Source: an uncultured Candidatus Binatia bacterium (GTDB taxonomy: Bacteria; Desulfobacterota; Binatia; Bin18). Taken from it: DNA of 64,000 nucleotides. Below are positions 10,450 through 22,585 of this stretch, piece after piece. Positions within the stretch are counted from its first letter, which is position 1, and every line of letters begins with the position of its first letter. The stretch covers positions 1,056,001-1,120,000 of the forward strand of contig OZ243961.1 of NCBI GenBank assembly GCA_965214605.1, in the 5' to 3' direction. The position numbers were made by a program, and so were the translations under genes. The notes beneath the pieces are model-generated. The model worked only from the letters and a program-made list of their open reading frames with translations. It was not told where the DNA came from and did no database searches.

Positions 10450-13086
10450 CTATTCCTCTCGTAAGGCTAGCGCCGGTGAGGTCCGGGACATCTTGAAAGC
10501 CGGATAGACCCCGGCCAGAAGCGCAGCCGCCACAGCCAGTACCACCGCTTGAACAAGTAAGCCAGGGACAATGTCCAACTCCAGCGTCCAGCCAAACGAT
10601 CGCCGATTAATCACAAATACTAGGACCGAGGCGAGCATCAGGCCGACTGGGAGGGCCAACAGGCCGGCCAACAGGCCCATCACACCAGTCTGGATCGTGA
10701 CCAAGCCCCAGACCTGCCGCGGCGTAAAGCCGGTTGCCCGTAACACGCCAAGTTCGTGTTCGCGCTCCAACTGTAGCGCCATCAGGGCGCTGAGCACACC
10801 GATAAAGGCCACCGCGGTTGTCAGCAGATGGAGCACCGAGGTAATGGTAAAGGTGCGGTCAAAAATCCTGAGCGAGGCTTGCCGCAAATCCCGATTCGAA
10901 CGGATCACGACCTGCTGCTCTGAGCCGACCAGCCGCCGCAGCGACGTCACCATTGCCGCCACGTCCTGTTCAGGACTCACCCACAGTCCCAGCGACGACA
11001 CGCCACGGTCGTCCCAAAACCGCTCATACGTCCGGCGGCTCATCATCACCAGTCCCCGGTCTGAACCATAATCGGCAAAAATCCCGACAATCCGAAAATC
11101 TTGCAGTCCCCGGTCAGTCCGTAAACGGACACGCCCATCCACCTGCAGCTGGTGATGGTAGGCGTACGGCTCTGACACAATGACCGTGTGTTCGGCCTCA
11201 AAGGCGGGCCAAACCACCTCTGGCTGGCCCTCAATGAAACGGTATGTGGTATAAATGTGATTCATCTCGACCTTTGAATGAGAAGGAGAGGAGGAACCGC
11301 GCTCCCTACTGACATCGAGCTGCAGGGCAACCAGCTGGACCCGGCCGGTCGGTGATTCCACCGACACGCGCTGATAGGTACTCACTGCCTTAATCCCCGG
11401 GGCGGATGACAAACGGGCGACAACAGCCGGGGCCAACGTGCCCTCATTCCAGCGCGACACCAGGCTTGGGGGAGAAATATAGATATCGGCCTGCAGGGCG
11501 CTCTCCAGCCAAGAGGCCACAGTCTGCCGAAAACTCTCAATCATAATGCCCACTCCAACAGTCACCGACACGGCGACCATCAGGGCTGCAATTGCCACCG
11601 CGGTCCGGCTCAGCGAGGCCAGAACGCTGCGAATACAGAGACGTCCGACAATATTCGTCCGCGTCCCGATCAGCAGCTGGACTGCCCGCAACACGCCAAC
11701 CACGGCCACCGGCGTGACCAGGACACATCCCAGGAAGATGGTAAACAGGCCGACAAAGCTCAGGACAAGATCACGGCTGGGCAGTATCAGCATGCCTGCC
11801 CCGATCAGCATCAGGCACACGCCGCCTATAGCCGCCCACGGCACGGCCCGTTGCGACTGCGCTTCGAGTGTCGAACGGTTCAGCACCGCGCGTGGCTGGG
11901 TGGTCATGGCCTCCACCGCCGGTGCCAGCGCAGCCACCAGGCTGGCCCCAAGGCCTAAACTCAGCCCTTTGAGCAGTCCCAGCCCGCTAATCGTCAGCTC
12001 GCGCACGCTTAAGACAAAATACAGATCGGTAATCGTCTGGGTCACCAGCTGGATCAGAGTCTGGGCCAAGATAATCCCCAACATGAGTCCAGCGGCAGTG
12101 CCAAGCAGACCAAGCAACACAGCTTCGGTCACGATCAGGCTAAAAATTTCCGGGCGAGTGACGCCGACAACGCGCAGGGTTCCAATAAGATTGCGACGCT
12201 GGACAACCGAAAAGGTCATCGTGTTATAGATCAAAAACATGCCGACAATGAGGGCTAATAGACTCAGCGCGCTCAGATTCAGGCTAAAGGCGCGGGTCAT
12301 TTGAGTCACAGACTGCGAACGGGCAGCCGCACTGCTGATCTCAGTACCGGGCGGTAAGACCCGCCTAATCTTGTCCAGCTCGGCCCGGCCCGCCTGCCCA
12401 TCCGGAATAATCAGATCAACCCGGCTCAAACGCCCGGTCATGCCCAGCAACTCCTGGGCCGTCGCAATATCAGTGACCAGCAGGCTGTCTAGCGCACGGC
12501 GGCTCAGCTCATCGGACGGCTCCAGCAGAGCGATAATGGTGAGCCGATGGCGGACGCCGCCAGCCCGAACGGTGAGGTGATCGTCCCGTTCAGCCTCAAC
12601 GTCGTCGCCGGCGGCCAGGCTGAGACCAAGCTGACGGCCTGTCTCATGCGAGATAATGGCGGTCGCCGGCCGAGTCAAAAAGGACACCAATATGGTCTGC
12701 ATACGGCTGTTGAGCTGTGCCAGATAGGGCCGAAACGGAGCTTCGGCAAACGGATCAACGCCAAACACCCGAAAAGTCCGTCCCGGATACTCGGGCGCGG
12801 CCACATCGCCCTCAACAACTGGAGCCGCTAACCGGATACCGGCCTCAACCCGTACAGCCCGAAATATCTCCTCGGGAATCCCGCGCGAGCCGCCGACGAT
12901 CTGATGCGTCGCCCGTCCCACTACACTTGCGGTTGACAGGAAAAAGGCGCGCTGGGCGCTGCTGTTGGCCAGATCAATGGCCACCACAACCGCCACCCCC
13001 AAGGCCACCCCCACAAAGGATAGACCCATTTGCCACGGATGGCGGATCAGATAGCGTAGACTAGCGCGCCACAGCACCCGGCTCAT
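10450..13086 (-). CDS. FtsX/MacB-like ABC permease, duplicated architecture (AttF/AttG-type)
   Basis: 878 aa with two FtsX-like halves; [24 protein letters not shown]-terminal PALALREE. Confidence 0.88.
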   Translation of the reverse strand: MSRVLWRASLRYLIRHPWQMGLSFVGVALGVAVVVAIDLANSSAQRAFFLSTASVVGRATHQIVGGSRGIPEEIFRAVRVEAGIRLAAPVVEGDVAAPEYPGRTFRVFGVDPFAEAPFRPYLAQLNSRMQTILVSFLTRPATAIISHETGRQLGLSLAAGDDVEAERDDHLTVRAGGVRHRLTIIALLEPSDELSRRALDSLLVTDIATAQELLGMTGRLSRVDLIIPDGQAGRAELDKIRRVLPPGTEISSAAARSQSVTQMTRAFSLNLSALSLLALIVGMFLIYNTMTFSVVQRRNLIGTLRVVGVTRPEIFSLIVTEAVLLGLLGTAAGLMLGIILAQTLIQLVTQTITDLYFVLSVRELTISGLGLLKGLSLGLGASLVAALAPAVEAMTTQPRAVLNRSTLEAQSQRAVPWAAIGGVCLMLIGAGMLILPSRDLVLSFVGLFTIFLGCVLVTPVAVVGVLRAVQLLIGTRTNIVGRLCIRSVLASLSRTAVAIAALMVAVSVTVGVGIMIESFRQTVASWLESALQADIYISPPSLVSRWNEGTLAPAVVARLSSAPGIKAVSTYQRVSVESPTGRVQLVALQLDVSRERGSSSPSHSKVEMNHIYTTYRFIEGQPEVVWPAFEAEHTVIVSEPYAYHHQLQVDGRVRLRTDRGLQDFRIVGIFADYGSDRGLVMMSRRTYERFWDDRGVSSLGLWVSPEQDVAAMVTSLRRLVGSEQQVVIRSNRDLRQASLRIFDRTFTITSVLHLLTTAVAFIGVLSALMALQLEREHELGVLRATGFTPRQVWGLVTIQTGVMGLLAGLLALPVGLMLASVLVFVINRRSFGWTLELDIVPGLLVQAVVLAVAAALLAGVYPAFKMSRTSPALALREE

Positions 13087-13802
13087 CGGGATGCCTCGGC
13101 CAATCGTTCGAAGAGATGGCCGTCTTGGATACTGAAAATGCGATCGGCCATGCCGATAACCTCTTGACTATGGGTCACCATCAGCAGGGTCTTGCCAGCT
13201 TGGCGGGTCAGACAGTCGAGCAAATCAAGCACCACACGGCCGGTCTCAATATCCAGATTGCCGGTCGGCTCGTCAGCCAGAATTAAGAGCGGCTCATGCA
13301 CCAGGGCGCGGGCAATTGCCACCCGCTGCTGCTCTCCACCGGACAGGCGATCAGAAAAATCGTCCGCTCGGTCGGCCAGACCGACCCGGTCTAACATGGC
13401 CAGGCTGGCCTGTTCTGCCCGCGTCGCGTCCCAGCCGTTCAGTTCTAAAGGTAGCAGCACATTCTCTTTAATACTGAGCGTTGGCAGCAGATTAAAAAAC
13501 TGAAAGACAAAGCCGATATACTGCCGACGGAACAGGGTGCGTTGTTGCTCGCTGAGCCGGGAGAGACACAGTGGACTAGGCTCGACCGGATCAGGATACA
13601 TCACAACCTCACCCGAGGTCGGCATATCAATCCCGCTGATCAGATTCAGCAGGGTCGATTTCCCCGAACCACTTCGACCTAACAGGACGACAAACTCGCC
13701 AGCCTGAATCGTGAGATTGACACCACGCAGGACCGCATGGGACCATTCGCTCTCCTGATACACCTTGGTCAAACCGCGCAGTTCGATCAGTGAGGTAGCC
13801 AT
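13083..13802 (-). CDS. LolD/MacB-like ABC ATP-binding protein (AttE-type)
   Basis: [32 protein letters not shown]; stop overlaps the permease start (ATGA). Confidence 0.92.
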   Translation of the reverse strand: MATSLIELRGLTKVYQESEWSHAVLRGVNLTIQAGEFVVLLGRSGSGKSTLLNLISGIDMPTSGEVVMYPDPVEPSPLCLSRLSEQQRTLFRRQYIGFVFQFFNLLPTLSIKENVLLPLELNGWDATRAEQASLAMLDRVGLADRADDFSDRLSGGEQQRVAIARALVHEPLLILADEPTGNLDIETGRVVLDLLDCLTRQAGKTLLMVTHSQEVIGMADRIFSIQDGHLFERLAEASR

Positions 13803-14097
13803 GCCTGGAGAGTGTTTCAGAAACTCCGCCGGGGTCAAGTCGTGGCCAGAAAACCGCCTCCCACACAAGTCGTCATGCACCAGAGGCGCTTTTCTCAACC
13901 GAGAAATCTAAAATTAGCTGTGAGGTTGATCAAACAGCAACGGTATATCCAAGAACGATAGTAGAGACAATATCGTACGGCGCGGCACCTAGTTGCTGAT
14001 GCGACGTTGGAGTGCCTAGGATATGAAGTCCATGAGGAGCCCCGGCCGCGCGACTCATTGAGGAAATAATGCTGGAGGCCGCGCGAAGTCTCTCTCA

Positions 14098-14339
14098 ATG
14101 ATAATGCAGCAACATCCCCCTTTTACCTGACTCGCCGGCCTCAGGAAGCAAAGGTCGCTAAGGAAAAGAGAACCAGCATCAAGGAATTTGTCGCGGCCGT
14201 CATCGCGGAGAAATTCGCTGTACCGAAAACAGCGCTCTTTTTGAACACTGCCGTCAACGGGCCGACCGTAACGCCTTTGATCGTATCAAAAAGGGAAAAG
14301 AGGAGCAGCCGCCAAGCTCGGAAGACCGGCAAGGAATAG
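14098..14339 (+). pseudogene. Decayed CopG/HicB-like antitoxin
   Basis: Across frameshifts: LPDS...EAKVAKEKRTSIKEFVAAVIAEKFA..KTA / FEHCRQRADRNAFDRI...PP; resembles RHH antitoxins of PIN-type TA modules (from memory). Confidence 0.45.
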
Positions 14340-14449
14340 CAGTCGAAGGTCTCCCACGCATGGCACAGCCGGTCGACCACTTCGGCTTTCTTCCGACGAA
14401 AAGACGACGCCTGTCCTATCTGTCAGAGTCAGGCTCGGAGCCAAGAGGG

Positions 14450-15230
14450 GAAATCCTGCCACCACCAGATTGTTATTCCCCACAGTCGCCGTGGCTGTGC
14501 TGCCCCACAGACCGCAGACCCGTATCGGCCGCGTCCGCGCCAATCAGTTGCCAAGAGCGATTGGGGAGCTCCAGATGCCTGAGCCGTGGAGTAGAGCAGT
14601 CAATGTGATCTCGACCGGAATGAGACGCGTCCCGAGTGGCATGATGAGATTGATCTCCAAGCCGTCATGGGAACGCCAGAAACAAGATGGAGCCGTTTGC
14701 CTACCAACGCAGAGATTTCGATCGCCTCGCTGCTGACTATGCCCTCAAACAGCACTCCTCTCATCGCTCCGGTCGACGCGGCCCGGCCGTTCGGTTGGCG
14801 AGCCAGCGTGGAGACCAGACCTGAATCCAGACAATATAATGGGGGAGTTTTGGTCAGCTGTTTGCCATAATTTTTATGGTACAGGATGAGGAAAAAGACG
14901 ACACAAGACAGCCTTGAGGAGGCGGCCCCGGGTCGGAGGCAGACGGTATTGAATACCTATCCATACGTACTCGCGCCTAAGGCGCCGGCATGTCTCGAAG
15001 ATCCACAGACTCCTAGGATATTTTGCAGTGGTTCGGATATCGCGTTCAACAGGAGTCTGGATATCCGAGCTCATCTACAGGTCGCGTCCCCCCGGATACA
15101 GCGCCGGTTCTGGATAGCCCCCTACCCAGAGCCATTCTCCGAGAACGGTATGCGTCCGTTCCAACAGATTGATTAGATCTGTCACAGCAAACAGTAGCAT
15201 TTCTACACAACACCGCTGCTTGCGTACCCT
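14450..15230 (-). pseudogene. Decayed AAA+ ATPase, AAA_14/DUF4143 family
   Basis: Fragments in shifting frames: GGYPEPALYP...SDIQTPVERDIR; YHKNYGKQLTKTPPLYCLDSGL...GAMRGVLFEG; FWRSHDGLEINLIMPLGTRLIPVEITLTA. Stops and frameshifts; boundaries approximate. Confidence 0.75.
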
Positions 15231-15325
15231 TTCCTCCAGAAGACCCCCTATATACTATGGAGTATCTTTACCTACGATGACCACTTTGCCCGAGAAGGCT
15301 TTTCGATTCTGCTGTGGGGCAAATA

Positions 15326-16504
15326 TCACCCGAATACGCCCCTGGCTCGAAGATCCGTGATCTGAGTTGACGACAGCCCAAGCTCGGTCAACACCTGCTC
15401 GGTGTGCTGACCGAGCATCGGCGCGGGCAAGCGCAGCTCAGCCGGCGTTTCTTCAAAACGGGCCGCCGGGCGGGTCATCCGTGTACGGCCGACATACGGA
15501 TGCTCGGACTCGACGATCAGCCGGTTGGCCAGGACCTGTTCGTTGGTCAGCATTTCTTGACGACTGAGGGCTGGCGCGCAGGGAACCTGCTCAGCATCAA
15601 GACGGGCGAGCCACTCGGCAGTCGTCCGCGTTTTCATAACCTCAGCCGTCATGTCGAGTCTGGTATCAGCATGTCTCATCCGACTGGCCGGGGTGCGAAA
15701 ACGTTCGTCCTCAAGCCACTCCAGTCGGTCCAGCGCCCGGAGCATACCGGCCCATTCCTTATCCGACATTGCCCCAGCGGTGATATAGCCGTCGGCCGTC
15801 TTAAAAATTAGATCGCGTGTGTCTGGCGGTCGTGAGGCAGTTTTACCGTTGCCTACAAAGGTGTGAGCGGCCATACCTTCCGGCCACAAAAAGGACACCA
15901 CCGCATCCAACATCGCCAACCGAACGTGCTGCCCCTTACCCGTCCGCTCTCGCGCTAAAAGGGCGGCGGTGATCGCCTGAGCCGCGGTCAAGGCTGTCAC
16001 CTTGTCCGGAATGACCAAGCGCATCATCTTCGGCCGTCCGGTCACGGGGTCGCGTTGGATATCGGTCAGGCCGGACAACGCCTGAATCACCGGATCATAC
16101 ACCCGTTTCTGGGTGTACGGACCGACCTCGCCAAAGCCGCTAATTGAGACATAGATCAGCTCGGGCTTGACCTCACGCAGGGTGGCTTCACCGATACCCA
16201 TACGCTCAACCGTTCCGGGCCGGAAATTCTGGACAAAAACGTCCGCCTCGGCCACCAGCTGTTTGAGCAAGCCAACCCCCTGCTCGTGCTTCAAATCTAT
16301 GGCTACCGACCGTTTGTTACGGTTAATCATGGCAAAGGTCGGGGAGATACCTTTGCGTCCAAAGGCCCGGGTCAGATCTCCAGCCTGGGGCGGCTCGACC
16401 TTAATCACGTCGGCCCCCTGATCACCGAGGATCATGGTCGACATTGGGCCAGATAGCATCTGCGTCACATCAATTACACGGTAGCCAGCAAGCGGTCCAG
16501 ACAT
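15326..16504 (-). CDS. CaiB/BaiF family III CoA-transferase
   Basis: GPLAGYRVID, GADVIKVEPP, NRNKRSVAIDLK, VQNFRPG, SISGFG, APMLGQHT. Confidence 0.94.
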   Translation of the reverse strand: MSGPLAGYRVIDVTQMLSGPMSTMILGDQGADVIKVEPPQAGDLTRAFGRKGISPTFAMINRNKRSVAIDLKHEQGVGLLKQLVAEADVFVQNFRPGTVERMGIGEATLREVKPELIYVSISGFGEVGPYTQKRVYDPVIQALSGLTDIQRDPVTGRPKMMRLVIPDKVTALTAAQAITAALLARERTGKGQHVRLAMLDAVVSFLWPEGMAAHTFVGNGKTASRPPDTRDLIFKTADGYITAGAMSDKEWAGMLRALDRLEWLEDERFRTPASRMRHADTRLDMTAEVMKTRTTAEWLARLDAEQVPCAPALSRQEMLTNEQVLANRLIVESEHPYVGRTRMTRPAARFEETPAELRLPAPMLGQHTEQVLTELGLSSTQITDLRARGVFG

Positions 16505-16651
16505 AAGCGATTCTCCTTTTGCGCCTATCCTAGCGAAGGCTCAGACTGAGGGGAACTAGGCAGACCGCTTGGCCGATCCGGGCTCTTCAAAAGTCGCCCG
16601 AGATATGCTTTTCATTGCACGAGTACAGCTTGTACCGAAAGGAGGGGGACA

Positions 16652-17818
16652 ATGACGCTTCCACAATTACCGAGTTTACCCATGTCCGGGGCAATTGACG
16701 CCGATGGCCATATTCTTGAGGCCCCAGATCTGTGGGAAAAATATCTGGAACCCCAGTACCGCGACCGGGCGGTCCGCATCCGTAAAGATAAGGACAACCT
16801 CGAATATCTTGAAGTCAATGGCAAGCCGTGCAAAATGATGCGCCGTGGAGCTCCCTCAAGCCTAGGCGTCATGGACCAGTTGGGCGGATTCAGATATGAG
16901 CGCGAACCAACAGGCAGCGGCTATGTCGACAATGCCTCGTTTGGCTCGATGGACCCCACCGAACGTCTCCAGCGTCTTGATATCGAGAACATCGAACGCG
17001 CCTTTCTTTATCCAACCCTGGGACTGTTGTGGGAGCCCGAGTGCGACGATCTCGCCCTATCCATGGCCTACGCGCGGGCGTACAACCGCTGGATCGTTGA
17101 TTTTTGTTCTGATTCAGGTGGACGGCTCATTCCGATTGCCCATATTCCATTCGGGCTGCCTGACCTGGCCGAAGCTGAACTACGCCGGGCGGCCAAAGAC
17201 GGGGTCAAGGGCTTCTTCGCCCCGCCGTTTATCTGGAGCCGCAAGCCCCATGGCCATCCCGACCATCACCGCATCTTTGCCGCGGCCCAAGAACTCGGCC
17301 TGCCGTTTGGTATTCACCCGTCGTTTGAGCCGCATTGGGCCGCCCCGACCCGCTTCGGCAAGATGACAGGCAAAGACACCGCCTTCTTTCAGAACGTCGC
17401 TCTGGGCAACGTCATCCGTGAAGGTTTCACCACCCTCTTTCAATACGGCATATTTGACCTGTTTCCCGAACTCAAAGTGATTGTCTTGGAGGTTGGCGCA
17501 GGCTGGGCCGGGTACTGGATTGAGCGCATGGACGCAGCCTATGAGTCACCGCTGGGCAAGAGCGTACCGCTCGAAAACAAGCCCAGCGAGTATTTTCGTC
17601 GCCAGTGCTGGATTTCAGGCGACCCTGACGAGAGGTCGGTCGCCGGAGTAATTCCCTTTGTGGGTGAAGACCGTTTTTTCTGGGCCAGCGATTTCCCCCA
17701 CTCCGACCACCTACCCGAGTATATTCCCAATCTGATCGAACTCGTCTCTCTGCTGCCCGAATCGGCCCGCCCCGGACTGCTGGGGAAAAATGTCCTGGAT
17801 TGCTACGGTTTGAGGTGA
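16652..17818 (+). CDS. Amidohydrolase_2-family metal-dependent hydrolase/decarboxylase
   Basis: IDADGHILE, YNRW, GIHP, LEVGAGW, WASDFPHSD. Confidence 0.88.
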   Translation: MTLPQLPSLPMSGAIDADGHILEAPDLWEKYLEPQYRDRAVRIRKDKDNLEYLEVNGKPCKMMRRGAPSSLGVMDQLGGFRYEREPTGSGYVDNASFGSMDPTERLQRLDIENIERAFLYPTLGLLWEPECDDLALSMAYARAYNRWIVDFCSDSGGRLIPIAHIPFGLPDLAEAELRRAAKDGVKGFFAPPFIWSRKPHGHPDHHRIFAAAQELGLPFGIHPSFEPHWAAPTRFGKMTGKDTAFFQNVALGNVIREGFTTLFQYGIFDLFPELKVIVLEVGAGWAGYWIERMDAAYESPLGKSVPLENKPSEYFRRQCWISGDPDERSVAGVIPFVGEDRFFWASDFPHSDHLPEYIPNLIELVSLLPESARPGLLGKNVLDCYGLR

Positions 17819-17891
17819 GCCTTTACGCTGCCGAGCACGGGCTAAAAGCCATGCCCCTTACGCTCCCGGCGGCGGTGGACCTGGAGGAAGC

Positions 17892-19136
17892 ATGACCAAG
17901 AATCTGTACGCGACCGCACTGCAACAGTTTGATAAAGCCCTGCAGTATGTGGACATCAGCCCCGGTATTGCCGCCTATCTTCGCCTCCCGAAACGGGAAC
18001 TCATAGTAAATTTTCCAATTGAGATGGACGACGGTTCGGTCCGAGTGCTTACCGGCTACCGGGTACACCACAACGTCGCCCTGGGGCCGACCAAAGGCGG
18101 ACTGCGCTACCATCCAGAGGTCAGCCTGGACGAGATCCGAGCCCTGGCCATGTGGATGACCTGGAAATGCGCGATGCTGGGCATCCCCTACGGCGGGGCC
18201 AAAGGCGGAGTAGTGTGTAATCCGCGAGAGCTATCGGTCCGGGAGCTCGAAAACCTCACTCGCCGCTATGCGACTGAAATCAGCGTGTTGATGAACCCCC
18301 AGGGCGACATCCCAGCCCCGGACGTTGGGACCGGCGAGCGGGAGATGGCCTGGATCATGGACACCTACTCCATGCACCACGGCTATTCGGTACCGGCAGT
18401 CGTGACCGGCAAGCCCCTGGTCATCGGCGGCTCACTAGGCCGGCGCGAAGCCACCGGGCGAGGGGTCATGCTCACCACCTTGGAAGCCCTTAAACGCAGA
18501 AAAATTCCGGTCCAGAACGCGCGGGTCGTGGTCCAAGGGTTTGGCAAGGTCGGGGGCCCGGCAGCGTATCTGACCGAAGAGCGCGGGGCCAGGATCATTG
18601 CCGTCAGCGATGCCAACGCCGGCGTATATAATCCGGATGGGCTGGCATGTAGGGATCTTGTGCACTATGCGCATCAGCACGGGACTGTCAGCGGCTACCC
18701 CCAGGCCGAGCCGATCAGCAATGCCGATCTTCTCCAGCTGGAGTGTGAGGTGCTGATGCCGTGTGCTCTGGAAAACCAGATTACGGCCGACAATGCCCCA
18801 TCTATTCGGGCCCAGATTATCGCCGAAGGCGCCAACGGCCCACTCACCCCGGAGGCCGACGAGATTCTGATCAACAAAGGCGTGTTTATTATCCCCGATG
18901 TGCTGTGCAACGCCGGTGGGGTGAGTGTATCCTACTTTGAGTGGGTCCAAGGACTGCAATCCTTTTTCTGGACCGAAGACGAAATCAATGAACGCCTGCG
19001 CCAGATCATGGTCCGCGGCTTTCAGCGGATCTCACACCTGGCGCACGAAAAACAGGTTGATAGCCGGACCGCGTCGCAGATCCTGGCCATCGAGCGAGTC
19101 GCCGCAGCCATGGCCCAGCGCGGGATCTACCCCTAG
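17892..19136 (+). CDS. gdhA: Glu/Leu/Phe/Val dehydrogenase (glutamate dehydrogenase)
   Basis: GPTKGGLRY, GGAKGG, DIPAPD, GRREATGRG, QGFGKVG, EGANGP, NAGGVSVSYFEW. Confidence 0.93.
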   Translation: MTKNLYATALQQFDKALQYVDISPGIAAYLRLPKRELIVNFPIEMDDGSVRVLTGYRVHHNVALGPTKGGLRYHPEVSLDEIRALAMWMTWKCAMLGIPYGGAKGGVVCNPRELSVRELENLTRRYATEISVLMNPQGDIPAPDVGTGEREMAWIMDTYSMHHGYSVPAVVTGKPLVIGGSLGRREATGRGVMLTTLEALKRRKIPVQNARVVVQGFGKVGGPAAYLTEERGARIIAVSDANAGVYNPDGLACRDLVHYAHQHGTVSGYPQAEPISNADLLQLECEVLMPCALENQITADNAPSIRAQIIAEGANGPLTPEADEILINKGVFIIPDVLCNAGGVSVSYFEWVQGLQSFFWTEDEINERLRQIMVRGFQRISHLAHEKQVDSRTASQILAIERVAAAMAQRGIYP

Positions 19137-19137
19137 C

Positions 19138-20511
19138 TTACTTCCCCAAACAGTGGCGAAGCGCGCCTTCTAGCTGAGGATGACGAAAGGTATAGCCGCT
19201 GGCCAGCAGCCGGGCAGGTTCTACCCGTGTACTGGCCAACAGCAACGTGTCGGCCATCTCGCCGAGGACCAGGCGGGCCGCAAATCCCGGCAGTGGAACA
19301 AACGTCGGACGGTTCAGGACTCTCCCTAAGATTTTGGTAAATTCTCGGTTGGTGACGGGCTGTGGAGCCACCGCATTGACCGCTCCCTCAAGCATATCGC
19401 TTATCAACGCATGATGAATCGCACCGACCGCGTCATCCAGACCGATCCAGCTCCAGTACTGCTCGCCGCCGCCGACCACGCCACCCGCCCCCAGCCTAAA
19501 CGGCAGCAACATCCTGGCCAGCGCGCCACCGGCCGGGCTCAGCACGACCCCGATACGCAACAGCACAGTGCGGATGCCGGCGTCCCGGGCCGGCTGGCTT
19601 GCCGCTTCCCAAGCCTCACATACCTCGGCTAAAAACCCGCTCCCGACCGGACTGTCCTCCGACATCAGCTCGTCCCCCCGGTTACCATAAAATCCAATGG
19701 CCGAGGCACACACCAAGACCTTGGGTGGTCGAGAGAGTTGGGCCAGGGTTTCACTCAGCAGTCGTGTTGAGTCGACTCGACTGTCCCGAATACGGGCCTT
19801 TTGCCCGGCACTCCACCGCTTGGCAGCAATGTTCTCCCCGGCCAGGTGAACTACCCCGTCGAGCCCTTCCAGACCGTCCGCTTCCAAACGTCCTGCCTGA
19901 GGGTGCCACTCGATTTCATCGGCCCCAACAGTGGCAGTCGAGCGAACTATACGGGTCAGACGGTGTCCTCCACCGGCCAGAAAGGACAGCAGCGCCGAGC
20001 CGAGCAGTCCACTGGTCCCGGTCACAGCAATATGCATCGGTGATCCTCCTTGTACGGCGGCGTGGGCAACCACATCCTGCCGGGTCATGGTATGCCGATA
20101 GGTGAACAGGCGGTCAAGAGTACGACGGGTGAACGCTCCGCCACATATTGCGCCGAGCAGCCCTAGGGGCAGGGCGTAGTCAATCCGATCCTCAAGATAG
20201 CAGGCGGCGTCTCCGTCCGGTTCGACCCGATGCACATGATCCCAGCGTGCAAACGGACCACTCACCTGGCAATCGCGGAACTGTCGACCGGGTTCATAAT
20301 CCCGATGTTCGGCAATCCACGTCCGCGAAACAGGACCAACACGCAAGCGCAGGACAACTCGAGCTCCGCTTTCAATACCCCCATTCCGCTCTACAATCCT
20401 GACCGGCTGCCAGGGGGGGATCAGGCGTTCAAAAGCCCCCGAACGCGAGTGCCAGTCGAAGACCATCTCGGCCGGAGCTGGAATACGGGAACGACGGGTA
20501 AAGATCGGCAT
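19138..20511 (-). CDS. SRPBCC-domain + TIGR01777-family NAD-dependent epimerase/oxidoreductase fusion
   Basis: N-terminal 'VFDWHSR..AFERLIPPW...GPFARWDHVH' domain, then VTGTSGLLG, SAIGFYG, FLAEVCEAWE. Confidence 0.88.
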   Translation of the reverse strand: MPIFTRRSRIPAPAEMVFDWHSRSGAFERLIPPWQPVRIVERNGGIESGARVVLRLRVGPVSRTWIAEHRDYEPGRQFRDCQVSGPFARWDHVHRVEPDGDAACYLEDRIDYALPLGLLGAICGGAFTRRTLDRLFTYRHTMTRQDVVAHAAVQGGSPMHIAVTGTSGLLGSALLSFLAGGGHRLTRIVRSTATVGADEIEWHPQAGRLEADGLEGLDGVVHLAGENIAAKRWSAGQKARIRDSRVDSTRLLSETLAQLSRPPKVLVCASAIGFYGNRGDELMSEDSPVGSGFLAEVCEAWEAASQPARDAGIRTVLLRIGVVLSPAGGALARMLLPFRLGAGGVVGGGEQYWSWIGLDDAVGAIHHALISDMLEGAVNAVAPQPVTNREFTKILGRVLNRPTFVPLPGFAARLVLGEMADTLLLASTRVEPARLLASGYTFRHPQLEGALRHCLGK

Positions 20512-20527
20512 GGCTGGGGGAGAGGGG

Positions 20528-21714
20528 CTATGGGGATCGCACCCGGCTTGACCCGTCGTGATCGGGAGGGGAGTGATAGCCGGTCAGTTCGACGTAGCCG
20601 TGGCCACGCAACGGTCGGCCTTTCGCCTGTCCGCGAACCGCCACGGCCCCCTCCCAATAGCGGATGGACAGCGGCAATTCTTGGTCTGCCACGTATGGCC
20701 GCAGCTCGAACACGAGACGCTCGGCCGGAATCTGGAACTGCCAGCCGGCCGGATAGCGGCCTCCACTGTGTGGACTGCGCCAGTACGCGTCCACATCAAT
20801 ACGAACGTCGGCCTGTCCCAGTCTCAGGGTCTCACCATTGGGACGGACCAGGGTTCCACTGCTGAATCCGTCGGGCTGGCCATCGGTCCGTCGGAGCCGA
20901 AAAAACATGAGATCGCTACCGTCGGACAGCTGGAGCCCGAACCAATCCCAGCCACGGTACTCTTTTCCCAACACGCTGGTGCTCCACTCGCGGTCCATCC
21001 AGCTTGTACCGCTGACCTGAAATATCTCGTCGGCGATATGAATCGTTCCCTGGGTCGGCATCCGGGTCAGCGAGTAGTAGTACGACGCGTTGCCTACCTC
21101 AGGGCCCTTCTGGCTCAACCCCCGGTCTCCGTGCAGGACAATCGGTTTTGCGCTGCGAAGTTGCAGCTCAAGGCCAATCTCACCCTGCCCGGCCCGCAAG
21201 CGTATCGGCAGACCATCCGAATTTTGGGTCCGGGCCGACCAGTCTTCGACCCATACCTGAAACGGCTGGGCCCGAGCACCGGCCAGTCCCAGTGAGGCAC
21301 GGCTAAAACGCTCGAAGGCGTAAAACGCTCCGTTTCCACGTCGGTCAGCGCTAGGTGGGCCATATAGACCTGAGCCGTTGCCCAGGCAGACTCACGCGCC
21401 GCGACCTGAGCGGCTAGAGCAGACCGAAAAAAGGTCAGCTGGAAACCAAAATGACGGCCGGCCGCGGTCTGCACATTGCCGGTGTAATACCACCACTCGC
21501 TTCGATACTCAGGATGCGGTCCGTGATCACGCGGAAACGACAAAATGGGCGGCGTGACGGCCCGGGCAAAACCGGTCGTGTCACCCCCCAGCACTTGGCC
21601 CACCGACAGGATGGCCTGGATCGTCTCCGGCTGGCGTTGCGGACTGAGGATATACACGCCGCCTAGCAGCACGCCCAGCAGCGCTAGGCTGACACTTATA
21701 AGACCCCGAAACAT
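20528..21714 (-). pseudogene. AttH/CrtC-like lipocalin-fold secreted protein, split by a 1-nt frameshift at ~21322-21325 (or an assembly error)
   Basis: N-half FPRDHGPHPEYRSEWWYYTG...FGFQLTFFR; C-half ASYYYSLTR, SWMDREWS, GWDWFGLQL, YWEGAV, GYVELTGY. Adding one T to the T4 run gives ERFYAFERFSRASLGLAGA...VWVEDW and joins both ORFs. Confidence 0.85.
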
Positions 21715-21846
21715 AGCCGTTCCCCTTCGAGTTACACTCCTACGTTTGTAGCATTGATACGGGAAACCAGACACTTGACTTTCTCATATTTTTTCGTCGT
21801 TATGATTGCCCCACACTAACAAACATGAGGACGGTGTGGAGAGCGT

Positions 21847-22460
21847 ATGTCTGAATCCTTCCCTGCCCCTCTTAATCAATGGGTGCCTGAACAATGTCAG
21901 CATAGGCCGCGCTCACGCATGCCTCTATATCATAGGCAAGAACTCCCGCGCGGGCCGAGCCATCTCCGAGCCTGGGGTGCTCAAGCCGGCCGGACTGGTA
22001 CACGCTGTTCACAGATACGAGGCAATGCACCGGCCTGTTTCTACTATGAGACCTGACTACGCGCGTTTCCCGAGGTCAAAGTTGCCCTGACCGTGCGTCG
22101 ATCCCGAGCGCTCGTGTCGGAAGGGGATGCCTCTGACCAGACGACAGCGTGTCTGCGTCCGCTGCGCTATTTCATTCCTACGCTCGACCTGCTCCTCCGT
22201 CTTGTTAACAGCTACGCAGCCCGCAGGACAAAGTTCGCCTGATCCAATGAGCATAACGCTCCCGTGCAACACCGTGTGTTCCAAGAGCATCTGCTGGTCT
22301 TCTGAGTGCAAGCCGGGCTGGGGGGTCGCTGTGCACATTTCCGGGCCGTGCGGTTCTCAAGCGTCCCTTTCCGTATCTGGAGGAGGGCGATGCCCTCCTG
22401 TGACACAGATTCAGACAGGTCTTCCTTCAAATAGGAATAGATTGGATATTTTTTGCCGGG
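21847..22460 (+). pseudogene. Decayed sulfotransferase (Sulfotransfer_4-type P-loop fold)
   Basis: Fragments: LYHRQEL..PSHLRAW; PDWYTLF; PACFYYET*LRAFPEVKVALTVR/DPER; NEHNAPVQHRVFQEHLLVF*VQ; PFPYLEEGD. Confidence 0.72.
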
Positions 22461-22585
22461 CACGATTGACTTCCTTTATCTGCCTGTTACATAGAGACCG
22501 ACCCGAGACCAAGGTGCTTACATGGCTCATATAGGTCTGCTACGTAAGAGGCAAGAATCGGGTGAGGAAGAGGGAGAAGAGCACT

